Below are positions 16,918-24,771 of a stretch of DNA of 55,401 nt, in pieces (the first letter of the stretch is position 1; each line of letters starts with the position of its first letter). The translations under genes were made by a program, and so were the position numbers. The notes below the pieces were generated by a model that was not told the origin of the DNA, did no database searches, and saw only the letters and a list, made by a program, of their open reading frames with translations. Source of the DNA: Dehalococcoidia bacterium (GTDB lineage: Bacteria > Chloroflexota > Dehalococcoidia > Tepidiformales > Tepidiformaceae); assembly GCA_034431815.1 (NCBI GenBank), contig DAOUCS010000132.1, forward strand, positions 1 to 55,401, in the 5' to 3' direction.

Positions 16918-18816
16918 TCAGCGGACCACTGCAGGAGACGGCTCCGTCACAGACGGGGCGAAGCGCTCGACCACCCGGATCGCGGCGGGCGCAACCTCGC
17001 GGCACGCACCGCAGCGGACGCACAGCTCATCGTCGATCGTCCACCGCTCGTGGGTCTCGACGATGGCATCCGTGGGGCAGATCTCCGCCGCCTCGTGGAG
17101 CGAAGGATCGGCCTGGTTGGCGATTTCGTAGCGGATGAGCCCGCTCAACACTCCCGCGGGATCGCGCTTCTCGCGGATCACCGTTTCGAACTCGTCCCGG
17201 AAGTAGCGGAGGGCGAGCTTGACGGTCGTGAGGGCGAACTGGCCGTGGAGGCAGTTCGACCATACGAGGGTGCGCGTGAGCTCCTCGAGCTTCTCGAGGT
17301 CGCTCTCGCGCCCGCCCCCAGCGGCCATGCGGCGGAGGATCTCGACGGCGCGCTGGGTCCCGCCGTGACACGTGGTGCACCGTCCGCACGACTCGTCCTC
17401 GGCAAAGCCGACGAAGTACGTGCAAAGGTCGACGACGCTGGTGTGCTGGTCGAAGAAGATGATGCCGCCGGAGCCGAGGAACATCCCCCGCTCGCGGTAC
17501 GGGTCCAGAGCGACCGGGAGGTCGATTTCCGAGGCGGGGAGGATGCCCGAGAGCGGCCCGCCCGGCTGGAATCCTTTCAGGACGCTGCCGTCGCGCATGC
17601 CCCCGCCGTACTGTTCGAGGAGCCGGCGGACAGTGTAGCCGAAGGGGATCTCGATGCAGCCCATCTGCTTGATGGCGCCGCTCAGGGTGAACATCTTCGT
17701 CCCCTTGTCCTTCGCGTCGGAGACGCCGCTCCACCACCCGGCACCGTGGCGAAGGATGAGGGGAGCGTTCGCGTAGGATTCGACGTTGTTCACGTTCGTG
17801 GGCTTGTTCCACAGGCCGGCCTGGGCTGGGAACGGCGGCTTGATGCGCGGCATGCCCCGGTAGCCGTCGATGGAGGACATGAGCCCGGTCTCCTCGCCGC
17901 AGACGTAGGAACCGGCGCCGCGGAAGACGATGAGGTCGAAGTCGAGGCCGGAGCCGCAGATGTTCGTCCCCAAGAGCCCGCGCTCGTACGCCTGGGCGAC
18001 GGCCGTTTTCATCCGCTGGAAGGCGAGGGGATATTCGTAGCGGATATAGATGTACCCCTCGCGCGCCCCGGTCGCTTTGGCGGCGATGAGCATCCCCTCG
18101 ATGATGAGCTGCGGGTCGCTCTCCATCAGGATGCGGTTCACCCACGCGCCGGGGTCTCCTTCGTCGGCGTTACAGACGAGGTATTTCGGCTCGGCCGTGG
18201 CCGTGCGGAGGAAGTCCCACTTGCGCCCGGTGGGGAAGCCGCCACCGCCACGCCCGCCGAGGCCGCTGTCGAGCACTTCCTTGATGATCTCCTCGGGCGC
18301 GCGTTCGAGGGCGTTGGCGAATCCTTCGTACCCGCCCCGGGCGAGGTAGTGGTCGATGTTCTCCGGGTCGATGACGCCGCAGTTCGCCATGAGGCGGCGC
18401 ACCTGGCCCTGCATGAACGGGTGCTCTGCCAGCGGGACGATGCCTTCGTTAGAGACCCCCTCGACGACGGCGATGGCGAGCTCAGGGAGTTCCTCGCCGG
18501 CAATGAGCACACGGCGAACGAACTCCTCGGCCCGGTCGGGGGTGACGTTGCCGTAGAGGATGGTGCGCGTCCCGCCGGCGGTGCGGACCGTGACGGTAGG
18601 CTCCATCCAGCAGAAGCCCCACGAGCCGATGATGCCGATATCCGCATCGATCCCCTCGCGAGCGGCGGTCTCGCGAATGATGCGCAGGGTCTCGTCGGCG
18701 CCGCGAGCGAGGGACGAGGTATCGATGCAGACGTTCACCTTCGGGCGGCCGTTGGCGAGCCAGGCGTCATACGCCTCGCGGGCGCGGGCGATGAGCGATT
18801 GCAGGGCGGCGTTCAT
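16918..18816 (-). CDS. NuoF/HoxF/FdsB-like NAD(H)-binding FMN flavoprotein with extra N-terminal Trx-like domain and C-terminal ferredoxin-type 4Fe-4S motif
   Basis: Internal ATG 18816 of track ORF 16918..19053. GLGGRGGGGFPTGRKW, ADEGDPGAW, ESCGRCTTCHGG (N3-type cluster). C-terminal CVRCGACREVAP ... CP. Confidence 0.88.
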   Translation of the reverse strand: MNAALQSLIARAREAYDAWLANGRPKVNVCIDTSSLARGADETLRIIRETAAREGIDADIGIIGSWGFCWMEPTVTVRTAGGTRTILYGNVTPDRAEEFVRRVLIAGEELPELAIAVVEGVSNEGIVPLAEHPFMQGQVRRLMANCGVIDPENIDHYLARGGYEGFANALERAPEEIIKEVLDSGLGGRGGGGFPTGRKWDFLRTATAEPKYLVCNADEGDPGAWVNRILMESDPQLIIEGMLIAAKATGAREGYIYIRYEYPLAFQRMKTAVAQAYERGLLGTNICGSGLDFDLIVFRGAGSYVCGEETGLMSSIDGYRGMPRIKPPFPAQAGLWNKPTNVNNVESYANAPLILRHGAGWWSGVSDAKDKGTKMFTLSGAIKQMGCIEIPFGYTVRRLLEQYGGGMRDGSVLKGFQPGGPLSGILPASEIDLPVALDPYRERGMFLGSGGIIFFDQHTSVVDLCTYFVGFAEDESCGRCTTCHGGTQRAVEILRRMAAGGGRESDLEKLEELTRTLVWSNCLHGQFALTTVKLALRYFRDEFETVIREKRDPAGVLSGLIRYEIANQADPSLHEAAEICPTDAIVETHERWTIDDELCVRCGACREVAPAAIRVVERFAPSVTEPSPAVVR

Positions 18817-19289
18817 GCTCCCTCCCGAATGCGGCGGGCCAGGCGGATGGCGTCGGCCACGGTGAGTTTGCCGACGACTTTCCCGTTCACCCACACCTGG
18901 GGGGCTTCGCTGCAGGTGCCGTTGCACTGACCGAGGTGGAGCGCGTAGCGGCCGTCCTCGCTGTGGCCCCCGAGGGGCAGGCCGAGCGTGTGCTCGAGCG
19001 CCTCCCGAATGCGGTCGCCGCCGAGAATACGGCACGTCGGCCCGCTGCACCATGCGATTTCGGTTTGCGCAGGAGGGTGCGTCCGGAATTCGGCGTAGAA
19101 AGACATCGCCCCGTAAACGAGGGCGGGCGTGGTATTCAGCTGCCGGGCGATGACCTCGATGGCTCGCCGGGGGATGTAGCCGTACGTGTCCTGGACCTTG
19201 TGGAGCGCGGGGAGCAGATGGCCGCGGTTCGGGCGGAATTCGGAGACGAGCTGGCGCAGCTCTTCGAGGGACGGCTCGGCGGCAGCCAT
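18813..19289 (-). CDS. NuoE/HoxE/FdsG-like thioredoxin-like [2Fe-2S] subunit
   Basis: 158 aa. Cys pattern WCSGPTC ... CNGTC (C-x4-C ... C-x3-C). ATGA overlap with the NuoF-like gene. Confidence 0.88.
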   Translation of the reverse strand: MAAAEPSLEELRQLVSEFRPNRGHLLPALHKVQDTYGYIPRRAIEVIARQLNTTPALVYGAMSFYAEFRTHPPAQTEIAWCSGPTCRILGGDRIREALEHTLGLPLGGHSEDGRYALHLGQCNGTCSEAPQVWVNGKVVGKLTVADAIRLARRIREGA

Positions 19290-19318
19290 GCAGCCTCCCG
19301 ATTGTGAAATGCGGAACT

Positions 19319-19348
19319 ACTATATCGAGGCGCCTCGGCGGGCAGCAA
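19319..19348 (-). promoter_or_regulatory. Sigma-70-like promoter for the nuoE/F-like pair (TTGCTG-N18-TATAGT)
   Basis: Minus strand: TTGCTG (19348..19343), 18-nt spacer, TATAGT (19324..19319) overlapping the stop of the upstream oxidoreductase gene, 30 nt before the nuoE-like ATG. GGGAGG SD. Locally AT-rich in a GC-rich context. Confidence 0.4.
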
Positions 19349-20645
19349 CCGCGCGGGCGTCTTCATCCATGATGGCAGCGGCCCGCTCGCCGAGGAGCAG
19401 GGAGTAGTTCTGGCCGCGGTCCTCGGGGTAGATCTGCGTGGTGTTCGCAAGGTAGAGCCCCTGGACCCCGGTGCGGATATCGGGGATGGACCGCGAGTAG
19501 TTCGTGGTGATGATGGGCTGGCCGCCGGGATCGGTAAAGAACCAGAGGTCGCGAATCCAGGAGCGCTCGAAGCGGGGATTGATCGTGCGGATGCCTGGCA
19601 GGTAGAGCTCGAGCACCTCTTCGGCCCGCATCTGGAGGACGGGATGGTCGGGACGGACGTAGTTGGAGAGGTAGACGATGTGGTTCCCGCCGTAGTCCTC
19701 GGGCCGCATGAAGTTGGTGTGCTCGATGCAGGCTACGAACTTCAGGTCGTCGGCGATGCTCAGCCAGTAGATGTCGGTCAAGGGACGGTCGAGCGCCAGC
19801 ACGAGGCAGGTCGCCCATTGGTACCGGACCCGGTCGAGGATCGCGGCGTAATCGGGCGGAAGGTCGGGCGCGATCTTCCGCGTGATGATGTTCGGCGTGG
19901 TCATCAGCACCTGGTCGAACTCCCACAGCCGGCCCGCGGCGCGAATGCCGCGCACCTGACCGTTTTGGACGGCGACCCGTTCGACCGGCGTGGAAAGGTA
20001 GATAGTGCCTCCGCGCTCGACGATGCGGTCGGCCAGGGCCTGATAGTAGCGCCGGAACGAGCCTTCGAGATAGCCGAGCGCTTCGCGGCTGCCCTTCCGC
20101 GACGCAAAGCGGAGGTAAATCTTCCCCCACAGCCAGGCCATGCTCACCTCGTCGGCGTAATCGGCGAACTTCCCCCGGAGGAGGGGACCCCAGAAGGCGT
20201 CGTACGCCTTCCGGCCCACCGCCCGCATCATCCACTCCTTGGCGGTCACGGCCTCGTACTTCCGCCAGTTCTTCTGACGCCGTAGGTAGAGCGCCACGAG
20301 GCCGAGGCGGATCCGGCTTGTGAGCGGCACGGCGGTGAAACGGAGGAGGTCGAGCGGGGTCACGAACGGATAGATGCGCCCGCGGACGAGGTGGGCGTTG
20401 CGCGGCTCGATCCAGCGAAGGTACGGCTCGAGCCCCAGCTCCCGGATGTAGCGGACGACGGTGGTGTCGCTGGTGAAGAGGTGGTGGTAGAAGCACTCGA
20501 GCGGCGTTCCGCCCACCGGGAAGGTGACCACCTGACCCCCCACCTCGTGCCTCCCTTCGAAGATGGTGACCTGATGACCGCGCTCCTGGAGGACCTTGGC
20601 AGCAGCAAGGCCGCACACGCCTGCTCCGACGATGCCGATCTTCAT
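19320..20645 (-). CDS. FAD/NAD(P)-dependent oxidoreductase (amine-oxidase / CrtI / HemY-like fold)
   Basis: Internal ATG 20645. MKIGIVGAGVCGLAAAKVL..VTIFEGRHEVGGQ dinucleotide-binding motif. 441 aa. ATGA overlap with the upstream gene. Confidence 0.8.
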   Translation of the reverse strand: MKIGIVGAGVCGLAAAKVLQERGHQVTIFEGRHEVGGQVVTFPVGGTPLECFYHHLFTSDTTVVRYIRELGLEPYLRWIEPRNAHLVRGRIYPFVTPLDLLRFTAVPLTSRIRLGLVALYLRRQKNWRKYEAVTAKEWMMRAVGRKAYDAFWGPLLRGKFADYADEVSMAWLWGKIYLRFASRKGSREALGYLEGSFRRYYQALADRIVERGGTIYLSTPVERVAVQNGQVRGIRAAGRLWEFDQVLMTTPNIITRKIAPDLPPDYAAILDRVRYQWATCLVLALDRPLTDIYWLSIADDLKFVACIEHTNFMRPEDYGGNHIVYLSNYVRPDHPVLQMRAEEVLELYLPGIRTINPRFERSWIRDLWFFTDPGGQPIITTNYSRSIPDIRTGVQGLYLANTTQIYPEDRGQNYSLLLGERAAAIMDEDARAVAARRGASI

Positions 20646-21682
20646 GGAACCGGGGCCCTCTCCTCCGCTGGTGCTTCGGGGCGCATCACCCTGGCGAACG
20701 AAACGCCGAACGACCAGAGGAACAGCAGCCCGAGCACCGTGGTGGGGATGAAGATGACCGCATGGGCGAGGATGGAGTACGCCCCCGCAGGACCGTTGGC
20801 CACGCCTGCCCCGACGAGCACCAGCGTGGCCGCCCATTCGAACGGCCCCGTGCCGCCGAAGAAGGTGGGGAGGATGATCGCGAGGTTCGCAGCGGCAAGG
20901 AGCAGCACGTAGTGCCCGAAGTTCACCTCATCCGCGCCGAATCCGAAACCCAGGCCGATGATTGCGTACGCAGCGGCCTCGACAGTCCACCCCGCGATGC
21001 TCAGCAAGACGACCGCGCCGAGGGTACGCACGTCGTGCACGGAGCGGAGGCTCACCAGCAAGTTTTCGGCCACTTCTTCTGCGCGGTGCTCGAAGCGCCG
21101 CGGCAGGAGCCGGACGAGCAATCGCACCGTCCTCCGGGCACGGGCCTCGGAGAGGGTGAGGGCGTAGAAACCCGCGAGCACAACAGCGAACAGCCCAGCC
21201 GAAGCGACGGCGATGAGGTCGAGCCGGCGATCGTTGAATCCCACGGCAGCGCCGGCCCCGACGAAGAGCAGCACGAGCGTGGTGCCATCGAAGAGGCGCT
21301 CGACGGCGATGCTGCCGAGGGCGCCGACCTTCGAGATGCGCTCGCGGTCCCCGAGAACGTAGGCGCGGACGAGCTCTCCCGCGCGGGCAGGCAGGAGGTT
21401 GTTGGCCATGTAGCCGATAATCGCGTAGGTGAAAAGCCGCGGGGGCGCGATCGGCGCTACCGGCCGGAGGAGAATCGACCACCGGACGACTCGAATCGTG
21501 AGGGCGACAAAGAGCACGCCGATGGCAGGCGCCATGTACCAGTAGTTCACCTGCGAGAGCGCCTCGGCGAGCTCCCGGGGATGGATGGCGCGAAGGAAGA
21601 GCGCGATCAGCACCGCGCTGACGGCAAGCGCTGCCCAGAATCGGATGGACCGGAACAACGGCGCTCCTCGCGGGGGCTTCAA
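20642..21682 (-). CDS. Flippase-like / lysyl-PG-synthase-TM-region (UPF0104) integral membrane protein
   Basis: 346 aa, multi-TM. R/K-rich loops and NLLPARAGELVR are typical of the PF03706-type family (from memory). TTG start overlaps the upstream stop (TTGA). Confidence 0.72.
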   Translation of the reverse strand: MKPPRGAPLFRSIRFWAALAVSAVLIALFLRAIHPRELAEALSQVNYWYMAPAIGVLFVALTIRVVRWSILLRPVAPIAPPRLFTYAIIGYMANNLLPARAGELVRAYVLGDRERISKVGALGSIAVERLFDGTTLVLLFVGAGAAVGFNDRRLDLIAVASAGLFAVVLAGFYALTLSEARARRTVRLLVRLLPRRFEHRAEEVAENLLVSLRSVHDVRTLGAVVLLSIAGWTVEAAAYAIIGLGFGFGADEVNFGHYVLLLAAANLAIILPTFFGGTGPFEWAATLVLVGAGVANGPAGAYSILAHAVIFIPTTVLGLLFLWSFGVSFARVMRPEAPAEERAPVP

Positions 21683-24600
21683 TCGATGGCGAAGCCCCGG
21701 ACGCGGCTGGTCCCGCTTTCGACTACCCAGAGTCTACCATCGGCTCCCGTTACGAGACCGTAGGGAGACCGCATCGGGTCGCCATCGGGAGCGAGCGTCG
21801 CCAGCACACGGCCGTCGGCGCTGTAAATCCGCACCTCGTTACGGCTTGGAAGAGAAACGGCGATCCGGCCGCCGGCCAAGATGGCGAGGTACGGCTTGTC
21901 GAGTGCGTCCGTGCCGCCCCATCCGTCGACGGGGAACTCGCGGAGATAGCTGCCGTCGGCCGCGAGGACCTGCACGCGAGCATTGAACATGTCGGCGACG
22001 TACACCGTCCCGTCCGGGGCAATGGCGATGCCGACCGGCTCGTCGAACTGACCGGGCCCCCGCCCCGATCCTCCGACAGCCCGGATCGGCGTGCCGTCGG
22101 GGGCGAAGATTATGATGCGGTCGTGGCCGGTGTCGGTCACCCAAAGGTTGCCGGCCGGGTCGAAGGCGGCGTCCCGCGGGCCGAACAGCTCGTCGAGGGG
22201 CGGGGGCTGGGCACCGCCGGGAGCTCGTCCGAATTGGCGGAGGGGACGGAGGCCGGTGTCGAAGACGCGGACGGTCCAACCGAACGTGTCGGCAACCACC
22301 ACCTCGCCGTTCGGCCCCACCGCGAGGCCCCACGGCTCGGAAGCTTCCCCGGGTTCGCCGCGCACATCGACCGCACCGAGGAACCCCCCCTCGCGGTCGA
22401 ACTTCTGGAGCTTCCGGGTCACCCGGTCGATCACGTAGAAGTTGCCGTCGGTATCGGTTGCGATGTCGACGGGCGCGAGGAACTGGCCCGCGCCCGCGCC
22501 CGGCTGTCCGAAGACGGGCCTCCCTTCGCTGTCGGCGCTGGGCTCAGGCGGCGGAGCGGGAAGGAGCCGGAGAAGGCCCGTCTCGCGGTCGTAGCTGGAG
22601 GGGAAGAACGCGTACGCATCGACGGACCCAGGCGCACGAAGCGGCTCGTGGTCGCGCCAGAAGCGGTACCAAGTCGGCAGCCATTCGCCGGCGAACACGC
22701 CCCGAACGATGCGTTTCCAGGTGTCGAAACTCCAAGGCCCGCCGGGAAGGGCCGCCTTGTAGTCCTCGGGGAACCACCAGCGATGCGGGTACCGCTGCGG
22801 GGCGGCGAACTCCTGGATCCGGGGACCGAGAGCGTCAGTGACCTTCGACGCATTCCGTTCGGCGACGAGGATGACGCGGAAGTCGCCCGGGGGCAGCCCA
22901 TTGGAGAAATCGGCGTAACTGACCCGCCGGTAATCGCGGAGGTACCAGGCCCAGGGCCAGGCGAACGAGTCCGTCGTGTCGACGGCGATAGGAAGGTCGT
23001 ACCCGAGGCCGGTCGCACGGGCGAGGGCGGAGATGTCCGCGGCAAGGTCCGGGATGGCAGGGCTGGACTGGGTGTAGATGAGGAGGTCCTTCGGCACGTC
23101 GCCGCGTTCGAACGTGACGCCGACCATCGTCCGCAAGGAGAACGGCAGCAGCCCACCAACGAGCACGGCAGCAGCGGCGAGGGGAAAGGCACCGCGCCAC
23201 CAGGAGCGGGCTGCGGCTGCACCAGCAACAATCCCCGCCGCGCCGACCACAGCCCTCACGAGGGCACCGACGGAGCCCCCCAGCGGCAGGTAGACCAGCA
23301 CGAGCGCCGTCCCGGCTGCCACGAGCCCGACGCTCACGAACGAAGCCAGCGGCGGCCGGTTCGTGGCCGCCCGATCGAGTGCCTGCTGCAGGCTCCACGC
23401 CGCGAGGAGCGCCACCGGAAGGGCAATGTGGACGTTGAGCCAGGGCATCTTTTCGCCCGCCCAGGAGAGCGCGCCCCAGATGCCGACGACCCAGAACACG
23501 AGGAAGCGGGAGAACCCATCGCCCCGGGTCACGGCCCACCAGCCGCCGAAGAGCGCTAGAGACAGGGTGAGGAATTCGTAGGCGGGCATCAGCATGGTGT
23601 AGTAGAACCACGGCTGGTTTCCCCGGCGAACGTCGTGCTGCGTGATCCAGTAGTCGAGGGAGCCCCAGGGCCCGGAGCACAGCCCGCCGAGGTTCGTCCA
23701 GAAGGTCGTCATGAGCGTGAGGTAGAGGAGCGCCGCCAAGCTGGCTCCGATAAGCCAGGTGCGCGGCCGCCAGGCGAGCCCGACCCACGCAGCGGCGCCG
23801 ACCAGCAAAGCGTACGTTCCCCCGAGGATGAGGACGTTCTGGCGCGCGGTCGCGCCGGCGGCCTGACACACCGCCGGCCACTGAAGCTGGCCGGGTTGGG
23901 CCAGTGCGCGCTCGAGGGGCTCGCGGAGCACTGGCGCGAGGAGCGGCACCGTGAGCGTCCCGAGCACCACCAGCAGGTCACCGGCGCGGGGAAGGGCGGT
24001 CCACCCGGCCCAGCGGCGGAGGCGTTCGGCTGCCGGCCAGACGGCCGCGAGGGCCCAGGCGTAGGGGAAGAGCGCCGCCGTCAGCACCGCACGGTCGATA
24101 CGGGAGCCCGCAGGCCGGACCGCCACGGCTTCCCGCGCGAGCTCAGCAGCGAGCGCCGCATTCAGGAAGAGCAGGAAGATGGCGACGACGAGGTAGGTGG
24201 CTTCTTTCGTCGCGTGGGCCGCCGCGGCGGCGACGGCAAACACCACCAGCCAGCGGTCGCCCCCGCCCGCCAGGTACCGCCACATGGCGATGACCATGGC
24301 GAGGGTGAACACCGCCAGGTAGATGTCCTCCCGGAAGAAGCGGGAGAAGTAGACGAGGGTCGGCGAGAGCGAGATGAACGCGCACGCCGCAAAGGTCCCT
24401 GCGGGCCCCAGCCACCGGCGGAGTGCAAGAGGCATCGCCATAAGGGCGATGCCGAAGAAGGCTGCGGACAGCCGAGACGTGTAATCGCTCGCACCGAACA
24501 GCAGGAAGACGAACGCCTGTACGTGGTAGTAGAGCGGGCCGTGGAACACCGGGTTGTGTTCGTAGCCGCCGCGGAGGAGATCCCACGACCACTGCGCGTG

Positions 24601-24771
24601 GATGCTTTCGTCGTGATGCAGGGCGCGCGAGCCCAGGTCCCACAGGCGGAGGAGGGCGCCTGCAGCGAACACGGCAGCGTACGCGGCCGCTTCGCGCCTG
24701 AAGCGGAGGACGGCGCGAGAGGGCGCAGCATCCTCAGCGGGCCGCGCAGCCCGGGCAGCCTCGAGCGTCAC
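21679..24771 (-). CDS. TIGR03663-like GT-C-type membrane protein fused to a C-terminal six-bladed NHL beta-propeller
   Basis: N-terminal polytopic region with LHHDESIHAQWSW (acidic first-loop motif), PVFHGPLYYH, and a PMT_2/ArnT-like layout. Six NHL-like blades at the C-terminus (about 21682..22488). I prefer GTG 24771 (GTGA overlap with the upstream stop; GAGG 8 nt upstream) over the track ATG 24840, which would overlap the upstream gene by 73 nt. Confidence 0.8.
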   Translation of the reverse strand: MTLEAARAARPAEDAAPSRAVLRFRREAAAYAAVFAAGALLRLWDLGSRALHHDESIHAQWSWDLLRGGYEHNPVFHGPLYYHVQAFVFLLFGASDYTSRLSAAFFGIALMAMPLALRRWLGPAGTFAACAFISLSPTLVYFSRFFREDIYLAVFTLAMVIAMWRYLAGGGDRWLVVFAVAAAAAHATKEATYLVVAIFLLFLNAALAAELAREAVAVRPAGSRIDRAVLTAALFPYAWALAAVWPAAERLRRWAGWTALPRAGDLLVVLGTLTVPLLAPVLREPLERALAQPGQLQWPAVCQAAGATARQNVLILGGTYALLVGAAAWVGLAWRPRTWLIGASLAALLYLTLMTTFWTNLGGLCSGPWGSLDYWITQHDVRRGNQPWFYYTMLMPAYEFLTLSLALFGGWWAVTRGDGFSRFLVFWVVGIWGALSWAGEKMPWLNVHIALPVALLAAWSLQQALDRAATNRPPLASFVSVGLVAAGTALVLVYLPLGGSVGALVRAVVGAAGIVAGAAAARSWWRGAFPLAAAAVLVGGLLPFSLRTMVGVTFERGDVPKDLLIYTQSSPAIPDLAADISALARATGLGYDLPIAVDTTDSFAWPWAWYLRDYRRVSYADFSNGLPPGDFRVILVAERNASKVTDALGPRIQEFAAPQRYPHRWWFPEDYKAALPGGPWSFDTWKRIVRGVFAGEWLPTWYRFWRDHEPLRAPGSVDAYAFFPSSYDRETGLLRLLPAPPPEPSADSEGRPVFGQPGAGAGQFLAPVDIATDTDGNFYVIDRVTRKLQKFDREGGFLGAVDVRGEPGEASEPWGLAVGPNGEVVVADTFGWTVRVFDTGLRPLRQFGRAPGGAQPPPLDELFGPRDAAFDPAGNLWVTDTGHDRIIIFAPDGTPIRAVGGSGRGPGQFDEPVGIAIAPDGTVYVADMFNARVQVLAADGSYLREFPVDGWGGTDALDKPYLAILAGGRIAVSLPSRNEVRIYSADGRVLATLAPDGDPMRSPYGLVTGADGRLWVVESGTSRVRGFAID

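Noticed and set aside
14569-18930. 1453-aa plus-strand ORF, the longest in the track, spanning the SDR, thiolase, DUF35 and NuoF-like region
   Set aside because: It lies antisense to four well-conserved minus-strand genes. Its translation is Arg/Gly/Ala/Asp-rich low-complexity sequence with no recognisable motifs. This is a typical stop-depleted shadow frame in very GC-rich DNA.
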